A stretch of DNA of 64,000 nucleotides, taken from Styela clava (Eukaryota). The translations under genes were made by a program, and so were the position numbers. Below, piece after piece: positions 1-11,112 of the stretch (position 1 is its first letter; each line of letters starts with the position of its first letter). The stretch spans positions 1,488,001 through 1,552,000 of the forward strand of contig NC_135257.1 in NCBI RefSeq assembly GCF_964204865.1. The letters are read 5' to 3'. The notes under the pieces are model-generated. The model was given only the letters and a program-made list of their open reading frames with translations. It searched no databases and was not told where the DNA came from.

Positions 1-265
1 AAAAGCATGACAAGTATGAGCAATCAGGACAATTGTGGAACAAGCAGGACCATTGTGGAACAAGTACAAGTGTGAAAAAGGCAGGACAAGTGTGATGCAT
101 GCAGGAAAGGTTTAAAATAGGCCGGACGAGTTTGGGGCAAGCAATACGATTGTGGTTTGACCAAGATAAATGTGGAACGATAAGAGCAAGTGTGAGACAA
201 GTTCGATAAATCAGGACAATTGTGAAAAAAGCTGGACAAGCATGAGACAAGCAGAATAAGTACCA
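1..265 (+). repeat. Degenerate ~20-bp tandem array (consensus ~GACAAGTGTGAAACAAGCAG), runs off the window start
   Basis: Recurrent gacaag/gtgtga/caagcag units through 1-265. Confidence 0.85.
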
Positions 266-282
266 GGTGTTGAGTATTTATT

Positions 283-770
283 ACAATTTCTATCGGGAAG
301 GCACATATATCGTAACATAGACTAACCGACTTCAGCGTGGCTTTTAAAAATCTTGTAATTGCTGAACCGAAAAATCTAATTATCAGAGTTGTCGTGATAG
401 GGAATAGGTGGAAGGCTACCTATGGCTTGACCTTGTTTATTTTTGAATGACCTCGGAAATGCAGGTGGCTTAACGATGGCCTGGGCAGACCAAATTTACC
501 CTATATTACCCATGCTTTCATTTTTACCCTACTATTCGTGGTAAAATCGACTTGCGCGCGCCGTAGTTTCATAGCAAAAATGTTATTAAGCTTGTGAGCA
601 TTATGATGATATATATGCCTACGAAAGAGCATCAGAAATAAAATCAGTGAAGTTATGAACACAGACAGATGCTTGCCCGGCCAGTCTACGTCTTGCATTG
701 TTCTAAAAACCAAACGAAAATATCACAAAGGTGGTTTACTTATCTATTATTTCCACTATGGGAATTTCTT
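283..770 (+). pseudogene. Possible heavily decayed 5.8S plus 5' 28S rRNA relic
   Basis: Ordered weak motifs: acaatttctatcgg..cac..tcgt, tgtaattgctgaac, ggctac (5.8S-like); then gacctcgg..gtggc, aattta..atatta, caaaggtggtttacttatcta (28S 5' domain-like). By-eye alignment only. Confidence 0.35.
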
Positions 771-863
771 CTAAATGCACTTCTTTCACGAAGTTACGCA
801 TTGTCTGTCTCTACTTTTGGAAGTTGCGCCATAAATATAAAGAGCCGAAAAGAAAGTGCCGCT

Positions 864-985
864 GTCGTGTGGGACCGAACTTTGATTGCACTCGATCTTG
901 TCTGATCTCGGGAGTTAAGTAACGTCGGCCTCGGTTAGTACTTGCATGAGTGACCATCTGGGAACACGGAGTATTGTAGGTTTTT
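864..985 (+). pseudogene. 5S rRNA pseudogene / 5S-derived relic
   Basis: cgatcttgtctgatctcgggagttaagtaacgtcggcctcggttagtacttgcatgagtgaccatctgggaacacggagtattgtagg-T5 is colinear with eukaryotic 5S (A box, intermediate element, C box, oligo-T terminator). The 5' ~25 nt are diverged so helix I cannot pair. TATAAA at about -28 (836-841). Confidence 0.85.
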
Positions 986-1040
986 CTCATTTGCCAATTA
1001 TAATAATGATTTTTTCTGATTATAATGGATATCCGATATC

Positions 1041-1114
1041 CTGCTTGTTTCACACTCGTCTTGCTTGTCCCACATTTGTCATGCTTGTTTAACACTTGTT
1101 CTGCTAATCTCACT
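1041..1114 (-). repeat. Inverted copy (~3.5 units) of the 20-bp array at 1-265
   Basis: CTGCTTGTTTCACACTCGTC / TTGCTTGTCCCACATTTGTC / ATGCTTGTTTAACACTTGTT are reverse complements of the 1-265 unit. Confidence 0.85.
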
Positions 1115-1119
1115 TTTTG

Positions 1120-1470
1120 TTTAGAATAATAGATTAGGATCTCTTTTGCAGATTTTCGGATAATGAGATAATAATAGAGTAGGGCAGATGGGGGCGCTCG
1201 CTCTCTGTTGTTAAGGGTGAAGTTCTTGGATCAGCAGAAGGCGAAATACTGCAGAAGCATTTGCCATTTTGGTATCTAGGACCAAAACTCAGAGGATCGA
1301 AGATACCACATACCGACCTAGCCCTGGCTGTTAACGAGGGGAACTAGCAATTAACGACCTTCTTTACAGAGTAACTGTTGGGTTCTGAGAAAAGTATAGT
1401 TTTAAAGATGAATCTAAAAGAAATTGATGGAAATGTGCAACCACAAGTGGGGATTGTGGCTTAATGTTTC
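1120..1470 (+). pseudogene. Decayed 18S rRNA fragment (end of V4 through V5 region)
   Basis: Colinear degenerate matches to conserved SSU motifs: gggtgaagttcttgga (AGAGGTGAAATTCTTGGA), agcatttgcca, tcagaggatcgaaga, ataccg, tgggttctga, taaaagaaattgatggaa (TAAAGGAATTGACGGAA), gtggcttaat; has internal deletions. Confidence 0.85.
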
Positions 1471-1905
1471 CGAATACACCTGAACATGCTTTGGACTAGA
1501 TTCGAACAGTTTCACAAATTAGAAAAGGGGGGTTACAATCATTGCTATTTATTATGATGAATGATCATGCTACGCCATGTCAAAGGCATTGAGATGCGAA
1601 GGAATTCAAATTCACACGTACGGTCGGTTTTGTAGCCGCATTATGCCCGTCTTTTTTTTTTGAAATTGTGTTAACCTGATTGTTTCTTTTGCCTGAAAAG
1701 TCAATCATACATAATAACAATATCAAACCTTGAATAAATTTTAAATATGTTTCAGCAAGACTACACATGCCACTGTGTTCAATGTATTTATAAATTCATG
1801 TAACGTAACATTCTATACTGTATATTGAATCCTGTACATCCTCACACGATAACACCTTATTTAATTGTTCTATGAATATCAAGGAAAAATAGCTTTTAAA
1901 GTCCT

Positions 1906-4900
1906 TTAATAACCGTCGGGGGAGCTTTCTCGTCTATCATCACATTTTGCAGCTATAGTTCCGTCGTCCAATCTTGCAATAGTCTGAACAGACGTAAGAA
2001 AATCTTGTTCGACATCAACTTCATGTCCGAGATCTTTCAGACCTCGCATAATTTCCTGGTACAGTAGAAATAAAATCATTACAATTCCTTCGTCAATGTT
2101 TTGCATCAAATGATGTGATACACAATGTATTTGCTGCTGTGGCTTTACTTAGCTTGTATCATATGTTTTTGGTCGTTTCGCTAAGGCCAATTTCATCACT
2201 GTGAAGGTTTCCACTTGACAATAAAATACCCGTGCTAAATATTTTTAGGTTTTGCGAGTTTTTTTTAATCAAACTGTACCCCATGCTTGTTTAGCTGAAA
2301 TTTCTCAAATCTCGTGTTAAACAATATCTACATAAAAACTCTAAGACGGGCTGGCTTTTGCTTTTAAGTTAACATGCAGTTAGATGATGTCATGCTACTA
2401 AAACAAAACTAAACTAAACTAAAAGATAAAAATTATTATGTGCAAAACAATCAAATTAGCCATGAAGCATATTCCATTCAAGTCGATTGAAATCTTTTTC
2501 ATCGAGAATGAGCGTATTATATGATACACTTTACCTCTTTCGTCCCTTCCTGCACGTACAATATATTTGGCTCCCACGCATGGTGTAATCTTTTGGATCT
2601 GACAGCTTCGTCAATATTTTTTCCAAACCAAAAGTGCTGCATAATAGTCTAAATACAAAAGTGAATAATGGGTGATATTAATGCAAATACTTCTTACTAC
2701 ATAATAATTGTGATGTTAATACGAAATATGAATAGCTGCATTCATTAATTGATGATTAAATAAATCGCAACCATATTTCATGCCATACCATTATAATATT
2801 TTAAGAGTGACAAGATTTTCAAAAGAGAGCTATATGTTGCAGTTTACTTGTGTCGTAGCAGAATTATACTCTGATCCGGTGTGAAATCAAATTTGTTACT
2901 CCCGTAGTATGTGTACCAGGTTAGGGTTAGGCTATAATTTTATTCCGATTTTCCTTATTTTAGTTTTAGTACAAGTTCGGGGACTGTTTTTGTCAGCCAA
3001 GTGAATAAAAGCCCATAGGCTTCCGTCCCTGTACACAACTTAGTGTAAAGTATGCGAACAAAATTAATTACCGCCATATTGATACACTTACTTCTGGATC
3101 GCCCTAAATATTTTTCAGCAACATGAAATATTTATTGTAAAAGGTTTTCCCTATATTTCATAACGAAAAATGTGATGAAATAGCCAACCATTGCAATGGA
3201 ATTTATAATTCGAGAGCTCCCTGCACCTCCCGTTATCATTTTCACTTTTGTACCGTCTGACGATTTTTTCAATATTATCGCCGGAGTAGTTGAAGAAAGT
3301 GCTCGTTTCCCTGGTTCAATTGTGTTGTTCGAATTTTCTCGAGCTGCAATAAAAGTATGGGAGCCAAATTGACATTTATTTTTCAAATAAATATTTTCGA
3401 TTCATGTAATACTTTTATGCAATCTGTATTTAGCTCATATTTTTATACTTACTATCTATTGTAAACGCACAGTTTTGATTATTAAATAAAATTCCAGTCC
3501 TTTGTCCTAGAATATTGCTTCCAAAGCTAAATAGAAAAAGTGAATATTGTATTACAATAAAATACTATTCGAATAGAATTGATACGAAATAGAGCAGTGC
3601 TCGTGATATTTTCACATTTGTGGTTATACCTCGATAATGAGACCTGATGTTCAATAACATTGGGATGTTTACTAACTTTCACAGAACAATTCATTTGCGT
3701 AGCCAATTAGTTGAATTGAAACATAAAACTCACAGTCAAATACAAGTTAATGATGTGTTTTTATTAGTATTAATCATAAACTTCTCAGTAACGGCACTTA
3801 TGTAGTTCTTGACAAACCACCAATCCAAATCGTTGCATACAGCACAACAAGCACCAAATGATCAAATGATATATTATACTCACGCATATGTTATAGAGCT
3901 CGTCATCGAAACCGCACTTCCATCTTCTCCAATAACATTCAAATGTGCCGTCCCTGGCTTATCGGGAACGGTGGCAAATGAACTATCTTGATAATATTCT
4001 TTAGGGTGTGTTTGAAAATCGTCTATTTTCTCTCTCACAGTTTTGCAATATTTGTCCGACATCATTTTGTTAACAATCTAGAGTCAATGCATATCAACCT
4101 TTTATATACAGCATTGAATGCTATGACGCTTAACCATGTATATAAAAATTCTATCTGAGAGCAGAAAATCGAGGGAAAGGTTTTGAAGGTTAAGAACTTG
4201 GATGGATAAGTATGGATATATTCCCCCAATCGCGATTTGTCTGACATCCTCCGAGGTCTATTGAGCTACCATATCATATAGTCAAATTTAATAATATCAA
4301 ATCTATGGTTTATATTATGCAACTTCGAAGTGCAATTTCTTATGCAATTCCAACCTGTGTGCAGCTTGAATAAAAGGCAAACAACAATACATTCGCTACC
4401 CATGCCTCATATCAGTGGTCACTTAGGAGGTATTAGAGCTAAGCAACAGGAAGGAGACCGTACAAGATTAATTTTGAGAATTATGCTTAACCGGAACATT
4501 TAATTTGACTTTGAAATCACCTCGTTGACTTCTTTATGGAAATTCGGATCACCCAACTTTACTCTTTTGCAAAACGCAAACTTCATGGCTTCAACAATCC
4601 GATGATAAGTCAAAATCTCGTTATTCTTCAAGTCGTCCACGTCGAAATTATAACCTTTTGATAAGATAACTCAAATAACCATCAACGACCAGCTTTGGTT
4701 GACAAATATAGGGGGCATACAATTGCACATCGAAAAATGGCTGCATGAAAGCATAACATGAAAAACGAAACGTTTCCAGCTATTGATCAAATGAGTACAC
4801 AATCAAAAAACGTCAATTCTCTGGGTCATTGGCTTTGGAACAAGCTAAAAAAAATGCATTTTGCAGCATAATACACTTCTTGTTCGCCCTATGCCATCAG

Positions 4901-7900
4901 TGAAAGTGACTTAATCACCGATTATGTTGATTTGCGATGAGTTACCTACTTGTGGAATAAATGTTATTTACGATAGGCACGTAAAGATCATGAAGTATTG
5001 AATAAAAAAAAATTCATTTTTGACACGATTGGAAATTGTAGAATATTTTAATTATTCCTCACCTTCAAGAATCTTCAATATAAAAGCAAGTACAGGTCCC
5101 CCGCCGTGAGCGCCTGTTGTCACTAGAGCAAAGTCATCAAATTTGATTTTGAGAGAACGTTCAATTAAGACTCTAAACACATATCAGTTTACAGTTAAAA
5201 TATAATATAATGAATATTCAGCGAGTATTTGTGGTAAATAAACTGGTTGATTTAGTTGAATAATTCATATTCGAATAGCACATCAATAAGTTAAAGTTCC
5301 TGTAGGAGTAAAGTTGAAACAATAGCAAGCTGCGAGGTTTGCTAAAAACAAATGCAAAGTGAGTTAAATGAGAGTGGATATGTTGCTTGTCGCAACTGTA
5401 CTGAATTTCTCATAAGCTGTTAGCCTACAGGCCAGATCATATCATCGTCAGTTGGGTTGTATTTTCACGTGAAATTCTGGTTGGAAGTAAACAACAAAGA
5501 ATATACGATTTCGTATAGTAGTATAAATAAACGAGGTCATATAGCAACGAACCCCCATATTTCGATGTTATTTCCCCAAATTAATTAATGCCTAAACATG
5601 GCTACATCGAAACATTGCAATACTTGTATTCCTCTAAATCTTTGGAGGTGATAGTTGACGGAAATCCAAATCCGTCGCGTATATCTTCCAGTATGGAATC
5701 TGTCAGTGATCCTTTATAGAATGCATTCGCTCCTTCTTTAGCTATAACTCGCAAAGTCTTTGCCAACTTCTCATTTTTAATAATATCACCAGCTTGCTTG
5801 AAAGTGCCATTTGGCCAAGAAAGAAAGATTCTGTGAAACAAAATGTGGAAGTAGAATGAAATAAATGTATGTTTTCGACACGACAGATAATGGTAGGAAT
5901 TTCATATGTCGTTGTATTTGCTAGCCGTGAACTGTAGTTCGCTCTGTACTGTTCCCGTATCACATATAGTTAAGCACATCTGGCAAAATATTGTTATCGT
6001 CTATGCCTAATTAGTAAGTCCAATCCGTAACCGTAAACTTAAAGTAGTAGAACAATATAGTTCACCTTAGATCTTCATTTTTATTCGTATTTCTCATCAT
6101 TCTTGTCAACCATTTACCACATGACTTAGTCATTTCGAAACCAGTTTCTGCTGCGTGGATAGCGGGTTCAAACAATCGTGACCATGGAAGTTTTCCAAAT
6201 CGCTGATGTGCCTCCCAGTACCCCAGAACCTCACCAGGGGTGGCAATAGAGGTACCACCTATTTTCGTTAGAAATAAAGTAACAATCCTGTAGAAAATCA
6301 TGGCTTTTTTAATGATGTTTTAGAATCACGAATTGCCGTTTGAATTGGTTCCATTACATTAATGATGTTTTAGAATTACGAATTGTCGTTTGAATTGGTT
6401 CCATTACATTTGAACCCACGTACACTTGAACCCACGACGATTGCACCTGCACATTATTGTACCTATGAAAATTTTTGTTGTTTTATGGATATTTAACCCA
6501 TACTAACCCTAACCCATGGGTTTAGCACCTGCATATAGATTGAACCCGCGAATATACACATGGGTTCAATTGTACGTGGGTTCAAATGTACGGTCACCGT
6601 TTGAATTGACCTCCGAGGTACACTGAATCCGCAGATTCTGCAGAAAAAATATTTCTACTTTGACGCTGACATGAAAATTCTACAGTAATTTCAAGTGGCT
6701 TCGTGTTGACAAGTTTTGCCTCCATTCCAAAGTGGTGTTAACCACAGATTGAGAATTTGTTTAAAAGCCACGATATAAGGTGATATAAGGGTATAGAAAT
6801 ATCCCTCCAATAACAAAGTCGTTAAGTAGGAAATCCCGTAAGTAACCAAGGCACAATCCGACGAGGCATATAAGAGGCAAATAAATGAAACGTCACGCAC
6901 AAATACTCGATTATAGGATACAAACAGGCCTATTATATAGTGAGTAGCAATAAAATATACCAAAGATTCGGTCAAGAAACAAATTATCGAAATATTGTAA
7001 CCCAGTATATGTTTTAAAATGCTTACCTAATGTTCTAGCAAACCGTCTGGACTCTGTATCCTTAAAACTGTCAAAGCTTGCTTGCGAAGGAGCGGTTGCT
7101 TTTGCATCAATGAAATAATCTTTTCCTGTCGTTGCATCATAATAAATCATGAAGAATCCACCACCTATGCCGGCGCTAGAACAAAGTATTGATATTAATG
7201 CAGTGAGTGTGAATTGTATTCATCGCTGTGTTAAATTATAAGCGTAACACGCAACAATGGCTTGCTACACAATATCTACAATCTGGTCATATCATTTACA
7301 ATTTTACATACAATACCAGAGAAGGTGATCCAACAAGCAAACCAGCTAGAGTTGATATGCAGCGCTATATAGAAGCATGTTACTAATTGATGTTTGAGAT
7401 TTCGGGCTAACTGGTTAGTTCAATTGGAAACATCTTTTGTGATTGGCGAATAAAATGAAATGGGATTTCCACAATATAGAAGCAGAATTATCATGTCTAC
7501 AATGATTGATTACAACTGCTGACGTGGTTGTGACAAGTAAATTAGTAGCAATAAAATATTAACGAGAATATCGGTCAGAGACCGAAGACTTATCGATCGA
7601 AAGTTAGGGAATCCCTCAAAACAGAAACTGCGGTTTCGATTCATGCGTTCTTACTCCATAGTGACACCGTGTGTCTGTGTCCCATCATTAATTAATTAAT
7701 AACTCGCTAATTATACGACATAATTTATCCAAAATCAATAGGCTTCTGATCCGATATATGATGAATGCACATGCAAAATTTGATTCAACCTCGCTTGCGT
7801 GTATCTGACAGACAGACAAACAAACAGACGAATACCTATCAACATACTTACCACCGATCTTAAGATCGATAAGTAATAAGTCAGGTAAAATGATTCTATT

Positions 7901-8144
7901 TTTTTGCGCCGGCCGTTTGAATAAGTTAAATATACCCGTTCCATGGCATTTATTTATGGTGTTCCTATACATACTAAGATTACCTTTGGAACGAAACGAC
8001 TCCCAATGTTAGCATAGACGCAATAGCAGCGTCAACAACTGATCCTCCCTCCAGCAAAATATTTTTTCCGACCGTGCATGATAGAGGATTATTGCAAACT
8101 ACAGCAGCTGATTTGAATTCTTTATACGTGCTTGCGGTTCTCAT
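1906..8144 (-). CDS. Gamma-glutamyltranspeptidase (glutathione hydrolase)-like Ntn-hydrolase, divergent substrate pocket; 5' end uncertain
   Basis: Phase-consistent GT-AG exons: ~8144-7984, 7175-7027, 6258-6066, 5830-5624, 5172-5063, 4654-4521, 4077-3884, 3526-3453, 3343-3189, 2648-2535, 2055-1906. Motifs GGSVVDAAIA, SAGIGGGFF, IATPGEVLG..AHQRFGKLPW, YHRIVEAMKFAF..LGDP, GTAHLNV (catalytic Thr), PGKRALSS, RLHH, DDRR..PDGY*. Confidence 0.93.
2899..3099. mobile_element. MITE family A (imperfect ~20-bp TIR CTCCxGxAGTATGTGTACCA, internal GGTTAGGGTTAGG)
   Basis: Homologous copies at 22941-23149 (opposite orientation), 32793-32999 and 48165-48336. Confidence 0.75.
6311..6410. repeat. 50-bp tandem duplication overlapping the left end of a MITE
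   Basis: aatgatgttttagaat[c/t]acgaattg[c/t]cgtttgaattggttccattacatt x2. Confidence 0.85.
6397..6598. mobile_element. Mutator-like MITE
   Basis: TIR core tacatttgaacccacgtaca / tgtacgtgggttcaaatgta; 9-bp TSD gtttgaatt on both sides; internal ctaaccctaaccc. Confidence 0.75.
7560..7880 (+). mobile_element. Non-autonomous Helentron/HINE-like repeat, family 1
   Basis: 5' palindrome tcggtc-agag-accga, sub-terminal IR acttatcgatc / gatcgataagt, internal (CAGA)n. Copies at ~15140-15420 and ~33458-33725 in reverse orientation. Classification is by analogy. Confidence 0.6.
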
Positions 8145-9044
8145 CTTACTTGGCACACAGTTAAATATACATGGAACATTCATTTAATTTCTGTAAAAAC
8201 AACTTCAAGCCAGTTAGCTTGCTCAATAGTTATCAACGTAATCGATGCCAGTATAATAAGATTTTGCATTAGGGAAACTGTAGAAGGCCCTACCCGTTCA
8301 AGATATAAAAATCGAAACTCTTCTGCACCAAGTTAAAATAAGGTAGTTCTTCACACTTTACTGTAGAAGTGCAAAATAAAATGCCTTGAGCAATAAAAGT
8401 CTGAGGGTGACAACATTACAGTTCCAACTTCCATTTCAAATCATTCACTGACTCCGTTCCAGACAGCATTTCCTGAATTTTTACGTTACGTCTGCCTGTC
8501 ACGAATATTGTAATTCGGCTGCTTGCGTCGCTCCCGGGTACGAGGTTTACCACATCATCAAGCGTCGTCGTTCCTTTCCGATGTGATAAATAAGCAGATC
8601 CTGCGATAATAATATATTCTGAGTTAATGCTGAGCGAACAGTATGATTATATTGTTGACACATTTTAAGCAATAGAAGTATTTCCATCCGGCATTGCATC
8701 ATCTCATTTTCGTTTAGCATTATCAATATTGAATCGGCAATAAGAAGCAGATTGCATATTTTGAAACTGAACTTCGGACATGCATATTTTCACGTTTATT
8801 TTCGTGGAATATCTACAGACAAAACGTATTTGTAGAGGCTTTTTGGCGCTTCAAATTGAAAATCGCCCTAATTAACAATTACAAAATGGAGGTAGGCCTA
8901 TATAATATACGTGTCCATTTTTCCTCAGTTTGTCTAACAGTATTGACAGCAGAATGCACAGGCATACAGGAACTTTAAGTCGGAGAAAAAGTATTCATGT
9001 CGGGGTGTCATTAGTATTTGTTTATCGTAAACAACCATGATAAC

Positions 9045-9261
9045 CAGTGTTCCCTCTAAGGTGTGCGCGTGTGCGCGCGCACACAGCTTTCAGAGGCTGC
9101 GCACAGACGTATTTCGATGTAATGTAACAATGTTCTCGGTTGGGAGGTTGAGAAAGTTTGTTGTTGGCCCGCCCATTACCCGGTTAGAGTCATTTCCAAA
9201 AAAGTGCGCACAAACCAAAATTTCTGCGCACACATACTACAAAAAATTAGAGGGAACATTG
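9045..9261. mobile_element. hAT-type MITE
   Basis: TIR CAGTGTTCCCTCTAA / TTAGAGGGAACATTG; perfect 8-bp TSD atgataac. Confidence 0.9.
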
Positions 9262-9934
9262 ATGATAACCCATATTAAGTTCGTTTCAAATCAATAATGT
9301 TACTGGGGAAACTTGTAGAAAAAAGTTACAGCTCTTACCAGCCTTTGGTACTAATATGGATTGATTTAAAATTTCAAGTATATACCAAGCTAAACGCAAA
9401 TATATGAGTCCGTGATATTCAACTTGATTTTGGAGCGGAACACACCAATGAAACATTTCAGAGACTTGGAAACTTGGTTATATATTAACAATATACATTA
9501 ACACATACTCTCAGATTTGAATGGCAACTTGCGGAACCCCTTTGCTGTACTGGTCAAAATCTAGGGTTGTGCGGAACCCCGGTTGAAAACCACTGATATT
9601 ATTAATGTATATAATATCAGTGTATATATATAATGTATATTAAAGCATCTATCTTTCTGTAGGGTGCGTGGAAGTATTTCCCTATGACTCCGCGCGTGCA
9701 GATTGCACTTTTTTAGCTGTACGCTTCCAAGTCTCTAGTTAAAACGTGTGAAATCTTGGTTGTGTACTGTATTCTTCAATTATTTAAAACAGCGACGGTA
9801 AAACAATATAAAAATAGCGATAAACAGTAAAATAATTTAACTTGGTTTGAGAAAGAAGCTTGTTGTTGCAGTTGAGATGCGTGTTGCGAGAGAGCCCCCA
9901 GTCGAGTTTCAATCCAAAAAACGCCCCAAATTGA

Positions 9935-9990
9935 AACGCGTCACTCGGCCAATCAACGGTCGACGTGACCCGGACCTACGTGTTGCAAGG
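9935..9990 (+). promoter_or_regulatory. Candidate promoter: CCAAT box plus two ACGTG cores in a CpG-rich patch
   Basis: ggccaatcaacggtcgacgtgacccggacctacgtg, ~100 bp upstream of the 10068 ORF. Confidence 0.35.
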
Positions 9991-10067
9991 CAGCTCCTGA
10001 TTATTAGAAGTCACAAATTCAGCAGTTACGAACAGTCAGTAGCGCCGGTCACTTTATAGTTGAAACA

Positions 10068-10226
10068 ATGGCAAACAATATCGGTGGCGGCCTCTTGACT
10101 CTTCTCAGGCCGCTGGCAGCCTTACCTATTCTAAAAGCTGATGTGGCATTGAATACCTCAGTAGCATTAGTTTATCGTAAATGTATGAGCGACGAGCAAG
10201 TTCAAGAAATTTGTATTCGTTTGTAG
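10068..10226 (+). CDS. Candidate 52-aa small protein, unknown function
   Basis: aacaATGG start context; MANNIGGGLLTLLRPLAALPILKADVALNTSVALVYRKCMSDEQVQEICIRL*; AATAAA ~40 nt after the stop; below the ORF-track cutoff. Confidence 0.4.
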   Translation: MANNIGGGLLTLLRPLAALPILKADVALNTSVALVYRKCMSDEQVQEICIRL

Positions 10227-11087
10227 TATTTCATTGATTAAACATTGAACTTTTCCCAATATTTGAAATAAAATTTATTAAATCCGTTAGCGACTGTTTG
10301 GCTGTTTTTTTGTTTCAAAACCCATTTTCAAATTCTAATTCAGATATATATATGTATCATTTACTGGTTTTCTATATAAAATCTCCTTGACAGTCTGCCA
10401 TGCGTGTTTGATGTCACCGCTGTTATTAGTTAATTTCAATGAATAATGATTTTGCTTTGATTTTGGTAATATGTTATGCTATTTTTTGTAGTGTGCACCT
10501 TGCCTTGTACCATGTATTTTATATTTTTTTGCATTTCACTCTTGAGAAGATGTGATGGATATATTACCCTGTGTAATTCAAGGCTTTGATAGCGAATTTT
10601 TATTTTTTTTATGACATTAGGAGACCATAATATAAGTGCGTGTGTTAATTAGGTACATTGAAGTTTTCAGTTGGCAGTTCTGTCTATATGAAGCCATTGA
10701 GTACATATATGCATATTTCGATGTCGAGATTAGACATTTTCAGTTCCTTGCGAGTTTTGAATTTGCATTTAGGTGCACTAGTAAAAGTAAAGGAAGACAT
10801 GACATGACAGACATGAAAAATGATCTGTATGTCATGTAATTTAAGATGACGAACAAAGATCAATCGCATCGGTGTAAATATGGTCAATTAAAACATACGA
10901 TGTGGGAGTCGAACGCGTTATTGTGAAAGTGGCCAGATGAGACAGAAGCATGTAATTGTACAGATCCTTGTTCAAATCTCTCAAAATTGTGTAAGGTTTT
11001 TTTTAAGCTATCTGATTTTCAATGTAACGAGTTCATTGTTTCTGTGAAATTAGAAAGATCGCAGCGAGAATTCCATAAATACAACCT

Positions 11088-11112
11088 ATATATATATATA
11101 TATATATATATA
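11088..11112. repeat. (TA)n microsatellite
   Basis: Direct. Confidence 0.95.

Noticed and set aside
1-265. CRISPR-like periodicity
   Set aside because: Eukaryotic context; degenerate tandem units with no unique spacers
8425-8650. Open frame upstream of the GGT-like gene as its first exon
   Set aside because: No early Met, no hydrophobic anchor and no GGT similarity
9948-9970. ERSE element (CCAAT-N9-CCACG)
   Set aside because: The sequence after N9 is ACGTG, not CCACG
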